Below are positions 8,342 to 15,634 of a stretch of 36,043 bases of DNA, one piece after another (within the stretch, counting starts at the first letter, position 1; each line of letters opens with the position of its first letter). The position numbers and the translations under genes were made by a program. The notes under the pieces are model-generated. The model was not told the origin of the DNA. It ran no database searches and saw only the letters and a list, made by a program, of their open reading frames with translations. Origin of the DNA: a virus (taxonomy: Duplodnaviria; Caudoviricetes); the IMG/VR virus record IMGVR_UViG_3300031949_000112, positions 1 to 36,043 of that record, one strand, 5' to 3'.

Positions 8342-8373
8342 CGCGGGGAGTGACCGAAAGGTGACTCCCCGCG
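8342..8373 (+). terminator. Stable GC hairpin with GAAA tetraloop (terminator-like, no U tract)
   Basis: CGCGGGGAGT-G-ACC-GAAA-GGT-G-ACTCCCCGCG. Confidence 0.55.
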
Positions 8374-8395
8374 AGCCGTATTCAGGAGTTCTGCC

Positions 8396-8542
8396 ATGAA
8401 GTCGCGTCCCTGCTGTCTCAAGCACATCAAGCAATACGGAATCGTCCGGCACCCGAAGCGGCCGGGCTATGCTCTGTGCTGTCATAAGTGTAAATCCCGT
8501 CTGACTCATCACAAAGGTCGCTGGCGTCGAGAGGAGAGCTGA
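8396..8542 (+). CDS. Cys/His-rich 48-aa protein
   Basis: AGGAG RBS; MKSRPCCLKHIKQYGIVRHPKRPGYALCCHKCKSRLTHHKGRWRREES; fills the gap up to the next start. Confidence 0.55.
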   Translation: MKSRPCCLKHIKQYGIVRHPKRPGYALCCHKCKSRLTHHKGRWRREES

Positions 8543-8543
8543 A

Positions 8544-9620
8544 GTGGACTATTCCAAGATCACGTGTTCGTACTCGCAGGTGGCAGATTACCTGTTCTGC
8601 CGTTATCGGTGGGCGTTGGGCTATCCACGCCGCATCACACGGTACGCTCCGGTGCGTCCGCTCGACTTCGGCTCCGCCACGCACGCGGGGCTCGAGGCGG
8701 GGCTGCTGGCGCACGCCGTCAAGGCCAGCTGGAAAGAAATCCTGCGACGAGCGGACCAAGGCGTCCAGTCGTGGCTCAAGGCATGGGTGAAAGACCGGGG
8801 CGGCAACAAGCAGGTGAACGAGACCGAGCGGCTGGAGATAGCGCGGATTGCTGAGCAAGGGGCCGTGCTGACGGCCCGTACGCTGGAGTGGTTCGATCTG
8901 CCCCGCTGGTCGATCCTGAAGTTCAAGGGAAAGCCCGCCGTGGAGGTGGAACTGCAGGTGCCGATGCCGGGCTGGAAGTGCTACCGGTGCTTCATTGACG
9001 CCATCGCCAAGGACCGGCGCGATGGCGGCACCTGGATTCTCAATTGGAAAACGTCGGGCAGCTTCTGGGACGAAGAGGCCGACGCCGCCAACCTGCAGGC
9101 CACCGCCGAGCAGGCCATCGTGAGCATGCACGGCATCTCCGCCGCCGGGTCCTGCACCACCATGCTCCGGTCCGAGCCGCCCAAGGAGCCGAGCGTCAAT
9201 AAGGACGGATCGATGTCTCGGGCGCGGATCGCCACCGACTGGCCCACCTACGAGGCGGCGCTCAAACGTCATCGATTGAAGCCGGCCGACTACGTCGAGG
9301 AGATGAAGCCGAAGCTTGACGTCGAGTTCTTCCGGATGGTCAAGACCTACCGGGGGAAGGAGGAAATCACCACCGCCTGGAACAGCATCATCGTCCCCAC
9401 GGCGGCCGAGATGCTGACGCAGAAGCCGAAGAGCTGGCCGACGCAGCAACGCATCCTGACCAAGCGAGGATGCCCCGGCTGCTGGGCTCGCGCCTTCTGC
9501 CTCGCTGAACTGCGAGGCGAGGACACCGATTTCCTGCTAGCGACCGACTACGCGCATAAGGACCATCCGACTCCGCGCTCAGCGGTCAAAACCATGGAGC
9601 TGGAAGAGGAGGGAACGTGA
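8544..9620 (+). CDS. Cas4/RecB-like PD-(D/E)XK nuclease with a probable Fe-S cysteine set
   Basis: SYSQ...FCRYRW...FGSATH...VEVEL...FIDAI...WKTS and C-terminal CPGCWARAFC; sits upstream of a Sak4-like ATPase and SSB. Confidence 0.85.
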   Translation: MDYSKITCSYSQVADYLFCRYRWALGYPRRITRYAPVRPLDFGSATHAGLEAGLLAHAVKASWKEILRRADQGVQSWLKAWVKDRGGNKQVNETERLEIARIAEQGAVLTARTLEWFDLPRWSILKFKGKPAVEVELQVPMPGWKCYRCFIDAIAKDRRDGGTWILNWKTSGSFWDEEADAANLQATAEQAIVSMHGISAAGSCTTMLRSEPPKEPSVNKDGSMSRARIATDWPTYEAALKRHRLKPADYVEEMKPKLDVEFFRMVKTYRGKEEITTAWNSIIVPTAAEMLTQKPKSWPTQQRILTKRGCPGCWARAFCLAELRGEDTDFLLATDYAHKDHPTPRSAVKTMELEEEGT

Positions 9621-10417
9621 CGCTGAAAATCTACCGGGTCGGCCCCGAGGACCCGTTCATCAAGACGCTGATTTACTCGGAGCCGGGCGTTGGAAAGACG
9701 ACGCTGGCAGCCAGCGCTCAGGACCACCCCAAGATGCGTCCAGTGCTGTTCCTTAACATCGAGGGCGGCCTGCTCTCGGTCAACCACCGGCGCGATCTGC
9801 ACGCCATCGATGTGTCGTCTCCCGACGAGGCCGAGGATGTGGCCACCAAGATAGCCACGGGCAAGAAGTGGTGGGGCCGCATCCGCACCGTGGTGATCGA
9901 CAACGGCACCGAATTGCAGAACCTCGACCTGCAGCAGATCGTTGAGCGAGAAATGCACGTGGTCACGCAGGGCGGCAAGCGTCGAACGTCCAAGAACGAC
10001 ATCTGGCAGGAGGACTACGGCGAGAGCACCGTCAAGTTGATGCGGATTTACCGCAAATTCCGACACCTGCCGATTCACCTGGTCATCACGGCGCACGCGA
10101 AGTACGTCTACCCCAAGACGATGTCGCGCAACGTGCGCCAGGAGGACCTTGAACCCACCGTCGTCCTGCCGTGGCTCACGCAGAAGCTCTGTAAGAGCGT
10201 CATGGGTATGGTGGACTTCGTGTGGTACATGCGCCGTTCGGAGGAGGACTCGGAGAGGCGTGAAATGGTCACGCAGACGGACGGCATCATCCAGGCGAAG
10301 ACCCGAGGCCGGTTCTTCGCTAAACGCATAGGGCCGGTGGTGGAGAATCCCCGGCTGCCACAGTTGTATGATGCCCTGGTGGCGGCGCAGTCCCGGCGAG
10401 CACGGCCGGATCGTTGA
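9617..10417 (+). CDS. AAA_24 / Sak4-like ATPase (recombination mediator)
   Basis: LIYSEPGVGKTT, LNIEGG, VVIDNGTE, VITAH, AKTR; nuclease-Sak4-SSB gene order. Confidence 0.85.
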   Translation: MTLKIYRVGPEDPFIKTLIYSEPGVGKTTLAASAQDHPKMRPVLFLNIEGGLLSVNHRRDLHAIDVSSPDEAEDVATKIATGKKWWGRIRTVVIDNGTELQNLDLQQIVEREMHVVTQGGKRRTSKNDIWQEDYGESTVKLMRIYRKFRHLPIHLVITAHAKYVYPKTMSRNVRQEDLEPTVVLPWLTQKLCKSVMGMVDFVWYMRRSEEDSERREMVTQTDGIIQAKTRGRFFAKRIGPVVENPRLPQLYDALVAAQSRRARPDR

Positions 10418-10461
10418 TTTACCCCATCGTCACGCTCATGGCGAGCGCGAAAGGAGTAAGC

Positions 10462-11148
10462 ATGAAACCGAAGCTGGGAAAGCCGAAAGAGGGAGCGTTC
10501 AACTTCAAGATTCCGAAGAGCGCGGGAGCGGGAACTCGGATCGAGGCGGGCAAGCATCCGGGTAAGTGCGTGGGTGTCGTCTATGGCCGGGCGAAGTCAT
10601 CCGGCAACCCGATGTACACGTGGGCGTTCGTCATCACCAAGGGCGAGTACGCGGGGAAGGACTTCCCGCTGTACACCGCCGACACCGAAGACGCCGCGTG
10701 GAAGATTCTCGAGACGCTGCAAGGTCTCGGCTTCGAGGTGGAGGCCGGCGACAGCCTCAAGATCACGCGGAAGGACGTCATGGGGCGGCGCTGCATCCTG
10801 AACGTGGTGGACGACGAGTACCAAGGGCGCCCGCAGTCCAAGCTCCAGGGCATCGAACCGGACCCCAAAGGCGGGTTTGCCAAGACCAAGGGCAACCCAC
10901 TGGTGGACGAGGAGGACGAAGAGGACGAGGAGGAGTCCAAAGACGAGTCCGATGAGGATGAGTCGGAGGATGAGGACGAGGAAGATGAGGACGAGGACGA
11001 AGAGGACGACGAGGACGAGGACGACGAGGATGACGACGATGAAGACGAAGACGAGAATGAGGACCCATTCGAGGACGAGCCGAAGAAGCCGTCCAAGAAA
11101 GTGAAGTCCAAGCCGGTGAAGAAGCCGGCCCGCCGCGCTCGGCGGTAA
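10462..11148 (+). CDS. DUF669-like single-stranded DNA-binding protein with a long acidic tract and basic tail
   Basis: AAGGAG RBS; KSSGNPM...GEYAGK...GRRC...EYQGR; follows the Sak4-like gene. Confidence 0.75.
   Translation: MKPKLGKPKEGAFNFKIPKSAGAGTRIEAGKHPGKCVGVVYGRAKSSGNPMYTWAFVITKGEYAGKDFPLYTADTEDAAWKILETLQGLGFEVEAGDSLKITRKDVMGRRCILNVVDDEYQGRPQSKLQGIEPDPKGGFAKTKGNPLVDEEDEEDEEESKDESDEDESEDEDEEDEDEDEEDDEDEDDEDDDDEDEDENEDPFEDEPKKPSKKVKSKPVKKPARRARR
10906..11079 (+). repeat. Low-complexity GAN trinucleotide tract encoding poly-Asp/Glu
   Basis: Runs of GAG/GAC/GAT/GAA over about 55 codons. Confidence 0.9.
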
Positions 11149-11151
11149 GGC

Positions 11152-12876
11152 GTGCTCGTCACGCAAGACAACGTAGAGACGGTGATGCGCCAAATTGAGG
11201 CGCATCACCGGCTCGACGTTGACACGGAAACCACGGGTCTGCGGCCGTGGCACGGAGACAGAATAGTGGGCGTCTCCGTGGCCACGCCTCACAAGCACCG
11301 GCCGCTTAGACGCGAGGACTGTTTCTACTTTCCCATCCGGCACGCTCCGGGCGGCAACCTGTCGCAGCGGGCGTATCGAGGCCTGCTCGCCGTCTTAAGA
11401 CGAAAACGCTGCACCGGTTGGAACTACAAGTTCGACGCGGAGATGTTCCTCCAAGACGGCATGCTATTGCCAGACTACGCTGAGGACGTGATGCTGGCGG
11501 CGCATCTGGCTAACGAGAACGAACCTAACTTCAAGCTGAAGGAGACGGCGGTCCGTCACATCGATCCCAAGGCTGACCGGGCGCAACGGCGGTTGATGCT
11601 GATGCTGGCCGAGCGGAAGCTGGGGAAAGGTGACATGTGGCGGTTGCGGCCGGAGGAGGTGGAACAGTACGCCTGCGACGACGTCTTCTACACCGAGGGA
11701 CTGCGCCGGCTCTACGTGTCGGTGCTCAAGGAGTGGGACCTGTTGGAACTGTGGCGGGAGGTGAACCGCTATATGTTGGTCACCGCCCGCATGGAGGGGC
11801 GGGGAATGCTGCTCGATCTTCGGATGCTGCGTCACCACTTGAAAGAGGCAGAGACGCACGAGCGGCGACTTGAGCGTAGGATTCAACGCATGGCCGGCTA
11901 CGATCTCAATGTACGCTCGTCCCCACAACTGCAACGTTGGCTAGGTCTTCCCAGCTCCGCCAGGGAGTATCTGGAGGAGCACCTGGAGGGCGGCACGAAA
12001 GACCCCCGAGCCAAGACGTTGCTCGCTTACCGCCAGTGGAGCCGGGTTCGCGGAGTGTACTATCAAAGCTACCTAGACCACATGGACGGCGACGGCGTGC
12101 TGCACCCCAACATCAACCTACACGGTACCATTTCCGGCCGGCCGTCAGCCAACGATCCGAACATGCAGGCGGTCCCCCGGTGGACCGACGTATACAAAGT
12201 CAAGGATGTGTTTGTCGCCCGGCCGGGTCATACGCTGGTGTCGGCCGACTACTCACAGATGGAGTTGCGGTTCGGCGCCCACTACGCCAAGGACCGGTTT
12301 CTGATCCGTGCTTTCCGGGAGCATCGCAAGGTCCACCAGGAGACGGCCAACGAGCTGAAGGTGGACTACGACAAGGGCAAGCGCATCAACTTCGCGGTGC
12401 TGTACGGCGCCAGCGCCGAGAAGCTGGCGAAAGAACTGCACATCTCCGAGGAAAAGACCGCCGAGTTCTTGGACCGCGCCCATAAGCATCACCCCAACTA
12501 CCGGCCGTTGCATCGCCAGATTCGGCGCTGGGCGGAGCAGCACGGCTACGTGCGCATGTGGTCCGGTCGGGTGAGGCGCTACAACTGCCCGCAAGCCGAG
12601 CCTTACCGGGCGCTGTCGAATCTCATCCAAGGCGGCGTGGCCGAGGTGATGCGTTACGCGCTGTGCTCACTCGACCTGGCGTTGGTGCTCAGCGGCGACT
12701 CTCATTTGCTACTGCAGGTACACGATCAGGCGTTGCTGGAAGTGCCGACATCACAGGTGAAGCACGTGGTCCCGGTCATCCGCGAAAAGATGATCGCGTT
12801 CGACATTCTGTCCGTCCCGTTAGAGGTGGAGATTAAGACGGGTCACCGATGGAGCCAACTTAAGGAGGTAGCATGA
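11152..12876 (+). CDS. polA: Family A DNA polymerase (3'-5' exonuclease + polymerase), candidate Z-selective DpoZ-like enzyme
   Basis: ExoI DTETTG, ExoII NYKFD, ExoIII YACDD; motif A ADYSQMELR, motif B KRINFAVLYG, motif C QVHDQ; no 5'-3' exonuclease; coupled to purZ. Confidence 0.95.
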   Translation: MLVTQDNVETVMRQIEAHHRLDVDTETTGLRPWHGDRIVGVSVATPHKHRPLRREDCFYFPIRHAPGGNLSQRAYRGLLAVLRRKRCTGWNYKFDAEMFLQDGMLLPDYAEDVMLAAHLANENEPNFKLKETAVRHIDPKADRAQRRLMLMLAERKLGKGDMWRLRPEEVEQYACDDVFYTEGLRRLYVSVLKEWDLLELWREVNRYMLVTARMEGRGMLLDLRMLRHHLKEAETHERRLERRIQRMAGYDLNVRSSPQLQRWLGLPSSAREYLEEHLEGGTKDPRAKTLLAYRQWSRVRGVYYQSYLDHMDGDGVLHPNINLHGTISGRPSANDPNMQAVPRWTDVYKVKDVFVARPGHTLVSADYSQMELRFGAHYAKDRFLIRAFREHRKVHQETANELKVDYDKGKRINFAVLYGASAEKLAKELHISEEKTAEFLDRAHKHHPNYRPLHRQIRRWAEQHGYVRMWSGRVRRYNCPQAEPYRALSNLIQGGVAEVMRYALCSLDLALVLSGDSHLLLQVHDQALLEVPTSQVKHVVPVIREKMIAFDILSVPLEVEIKTGHRWSQLKEVA

Positions 12877-13925
12877 GGGGCGAACTTGTGGCTGTAGTGG
12901 GCGCTCAGTACGGGAGCGAGGGCAAGGGCGTTGTCGTCAACCACCTGGCTTCCAAGTTCCGGGTTCACGTGCGGGTGGGCGGCCCCAACGCCGGCCACTC
13001 CTTCTATCACAGAGACCAGTTGTACAAGATGCAGGTCATTCCCGTGGGATGGACCAACCCTGACGCCGATCTGTTCATCGGCCGGGGAGCGCTGGTGGAC
13101 CCTCACCGGCTCGAGATGGAGTTGAGGCTGGTGGAGGCGGTCGATCCCACCATTCGCGGGCGCCTGTTTGTGGACGCGGGAGCCGGAGTGCTCGACGAGA
13201 GCCACCACAAGCAGGGAGGTGGCGTGCAGGGTGAAACCCACCGCCGCTACGGCTCCACGGGAGAGGGTGTGGGACCGGCCCGCATCGGGCGCATCTTGCG
13301 AGATTCCACCAAGTTCCGACTCATGCGCGATCTGTCGCTGGGTCAGGGGCTCACCGTAGTGGAAGGCACGTCACGCATGATTCACGACCGGCTGCACAGC
13401 GGCGACAACGTGCTGCTTGAGGGCACGCAGGGTCAGGGTCTATCCCTGATTCACGGTCCGTGGCCTTACACCACCAACCACGACACCGGGGCGTCTCAGC
13501 TGTTGGCCGACGTCGGGCTGGCGCCGGCAGAACTCGACAACGTGTTGCTGGTGGCCCGCACTTATCCGATTCGAGTCGCCGGCAACTCCGGTCCCATGCT
13601 CAATGAACTGACATGGGATGAGATGTCGCGCCGCATTGGCAAGCCGGTGCTCGAGCACACCACCGTGACCAAAAAGGTGCGGCGGATCGGTGAGTGGGAT
13701 GAGAAATTGTTCACCGACGCCGTCCGCATCAATGGAGCTAGGATGGTAGCGGTCATGTTTATGGACTACCTGTCCTCCATCGATGAAGGAAAAACCGAAG
13801 CCAGCCAATTATCAGATCGAGCTTGGTCTTTCATCGACTACATCGAACGCATCAGTGACACATCTGTGCAGTACGTCGGGACCGGCGGTCCACGATTCTC
13901 AGTCATCGACATGTATCGGAGGTAG
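12873..13925 (+). CDS. purZ: PurZ/PurZ0-type 2-amino-adenylosuccinate synthetase (PurA paralog)
   Basis: GAQYGSEGKG (Ser at the PurA catalytic Asp), GGPNAGH, EGTQG, RTYPIRVAGNSG, TTVTKKVRR, MFMDY, VGTG; 350 aa short form. Confidence 0.88.
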   Translation: MRGELVAVVGAQYGSEGKGVVVNHLASKFRVHVRVGGPNAGHSFYHRDQLYKMQVIPVGWTNPDADLFIGRGALVDPHRLEMELRLVEAVDPTIRGRLFVDAGAGVLDESHHKQGGGVQGETHRRYGSTGEGVGPARIGRILRDSTKFRLMRDLSLGQGLTVVEGTSRMIHDRLHSGDNVLLEGTQGQGLSLIHGPWPYTTNHDTGASQLLADVGLAPAELDNVLLVARTYPIRVAGNSGPMLNELTWDEMSRRIGKPVLEHTTVTKKVRRIGEWDEKLFTDAVRINGARMVAVMFMDYLSSIDEGKTEASQLSDRAWSFIDYIERISDTSVQYVGTGGPRFSVIDMYRR

Positions 13926-13927
13926 CG

Positions 13928-14212
13928 ATGGCCGTGACACAGAGGGGCGGTTTGGCTGGGGTTGCCGACGTTTTGGCCGAGATTTCTGCTGTACTTCGTC
14001 ATGGGGATCAGAAATACGGTGAGCGGTCGTGGGCCAAGAGCGACAAGGGATGGTCCCGGCATGCGGACGCCGCCCGGCGTCACATCGACCGATGGCTCAA
14101 GCGACAGGACCCGGACGAGTCGGGCCACTCACATGTAGTGCACGCCATCGCCCGGCTCATGATTGTACGGCAGATGCAGCTGGAGAAGCTGGGAAAGGAT
14201 GACCGGCCATGA
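13928..14212 (+). CDS. DUF5664-like (dATP/dGTP diphosphohydrolase-associated) protein
   Basis: VLRHGDQKYGERSW...AARRHIDRW...DPDESGHSHVVHA; adjacent to purZ. Confidence 0.8.
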   Translation: MAVTQRGGLAGVADVLAEISAVLRHGDQKYGERSWAKSDKGWSRHADAARRHIDRWLKRQDPDESGHSHVVHAIARLMIVRQMQLEKLGKDDRP

Positions 14213-14748
14213 GGCGGTATAGGACGATTTTAGCTGATCCGCCGTGGCCCGAAGCCACTGAAGTGGTGCTACGCGGCTCCGGCCGACGGCGCCAGCACCG
14301 CGGATTCAGCACCATGTCGTACAACGACATTGACGGACTCTCGGTGGGTAAACTGGCGCTGCCAGATGCTCACCTATATCTGTGGTCCACTCAGCGGTCA
14401 CTGGCGCATGCGTTCCAAACCGTTGGGGCATGGGGGTTCGTATTTAAGTCGTTGCTGGTTTGGTGTAAGCCGCTGGGTACGGGACTCTATTACTTCCGGC
14501 CCAGCACGGAGTATCTGCTCTTTGCCACGCGAGGCCAACTGCGGCGTACCCGTTGCCGTTCCGACGGCACATGGTTCCGTTGGCCTCGAGGTACTCACAA
14601 CGGATACGCAGCGAAGCCCAACGAGAGTTACCAGCTGATCGAACGCAACAGCGACGGCCCTTATCTTGAGTTGTTCGCCCGGCGTCGCTACAGCAAAAGA
14701 TGGGACGTGTGGGGCGACGAAATCCGGTCTACCGTGAGGTTGCCATGA
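14209..14748 (+). CDS. MT-A70-family N6-adenine methyltransferase
   Basis: ILADPPW, LYLW, WGF...VWCK, TEYLLFATRG, KP...YQLIE, YLELFAR, WGDE. Confidence 0.92.
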   Translation: MRRYRTILADPPWPEATEVVLRGSGRRRQHRGFSTMSYNDIDGLSVGKLALPDAHLYLWSTQRSLAHAFQTVGAWGFVFKSLLVWCKPLGTGLYYFRPSTEYLLFATRGQLRRTRCRSDGTWFRWPRGTHNGYAAKPNESYQLIERNSDGPYLELFARRRYSKRWDVWGDEIRSTVRLP

Positions 14749-15302
14749 AAATGGGCACCAAGTCGCTGCTCTTCGGCGCTCATCAGTTCCTTCTGCACCC
14801 GCTGCTGGTGGCGTGGGCGTGGTGGCGCCTGTTCGGCTTTCCGTGGAAATGGCAGCTGTGGGTCTGCTTTTTCCTACATGACGCCGGCTATTGGGGGCTG
14901 CCGAACATGGACGGAAAGGAGGGAGAACGACACGTGGAACGCGGAGCGATGTGGGTGTTAAGACTCACTGACGATTATCGGTGGTGGAGATTCTGCCTGT
15001 ACCACTCACGGGCGCGGGCGGCAGCAGTCGGCCGAAAACCATCGGCGCTCTGTGTGGCCGATAAAGCGGTGCTCACCATCACGCCCTGGTGGCTCTACCT
15101 GCCACTGGTCCGGCTTACCGGCGAAATCCGTGAATACCAGCAGGTCATGCGGCACCGGGCCGAGATCGGAGACCACCTGCCGATTCGCCACACGTGGGCC
15201 TCGGATCGCGAGTGGTACCGAAAGGTACAGGCTTACATGACTCAATGGACCTTTCAGACCTTGACTACCGACGCCTATGAGTTTTGGCCATGCGTGAAGT
15301 GA
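14745..15302 (+). CDS. HD-superfamily metal-dependent phosphohydrolase-like protein
   Basis: ATGA overlap at 14745; HQFLLHP...LHDAGYW...GERH...LYHSR...VADK gives an H...HD...H...H...D pattern. Confidence 0.65.
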   Translation: MKMGTKSLLFGAHQFLLHPLLVAWAWWRLFGFPWKWQLWVCFFLHDAGYWGLPNMDGKEGERHVERGAMWVLRLTDDYRWWRFCLYHSRARAAAVGRKPSALCVADKAVLTITPWWLYLPLVRLTGEIREYQQVMRHRAEIGDHLPIRHTWASDREWYRKVQAYMTQWTFQTLTTDAYEFWPCVK

Positions 15303-15634
15303 CGCTCAGGACCAAGGCGGTGAATTGGCTCCGACGCCACGGAGCTAAGGTTCTGGTGTTGAACATGACACCTTACTTACCCACCGGGGAGCCCGATGTG
15401 ATCGCGTGCCTGCGAGGCCGTACCGTGGTCATCGAGACCAAGACCCAACGCGGCCGGCTTCGTCCGCTTCAACGCCGGGCGCTACTCGAGTGGCGCCGTG
15501 CCGGCGCCATGGCCCTGGTCCTGCGTGGCCCCGCCGGTCTCGTCGCCCTCGAGGGGCGTCTCCGGGCGGCCGGGCTGCTAAGAGACAGACCCCGGAAAAA
15601 CTCTAGCATATCTCTCCGAAGGCGGTTTCCGTGA
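15290..15634 (+). CDS. VRR-NUC endonuclease (Holliday junction resolvase-like)
   Basis: GEPDVIACLRGRTVVIETK...GRLRPLQ; upstream of SNF2. Confidence 0.88.
   Translation: MREVTLRTKAVNWLRRHGAKVLVLNMTPYLPTGEPDVIACLRGRTVVIETKTQRGRLRPLQRRALLEWRRAGAMALVLRGPAGLVALEGRLRAAGLLRDRPRKNSSISLRRRFP

Noticed and set aside
8320-8543. Larger structured ncRNA or tRNA
   Set aside because: Only one clear hairpin, no cloverleaf, and the rest is explained by a 48-aa ORF with an RBS.
8427-9449. 340-aa - strand ORF and similar long opposite-strand ORFs (3602-4408, 27774-28817, 29440-30258)
   Set aside because: High-GC antisense frames over well-supported genes, with no motifs.
8544-9620. CRISPR-Cas system suggested by the Cas4-like gene
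   Set aside because: No repeat-spacer array or other cas genes; it sits in a nuclease-Sak4-SSB recombination module.
10581-11171. Poly-Ser ORF on the - strand
   Set aside because: Reverse complement of the acidic tract in the SSB gene.
520-12740. Codon reassignment to explain acid-to-amide changes (TerL DQ, PolA HDQ, nuclease NWK)
   Set aside because: CAG also encodes conserved Gln in other motifs (GAQYG, EGTQG, YSQ), and genes end at normal stops; the changes look independent.
12873-13925. Ordinary purA auxiliary metabolic gene
   Set aside because: The catalytic Asp of GDEGKG is Ser and PIRV replaces the PurA TTRV; context with polymerase and nucleotide hydrolase-like genes fits PurZ.
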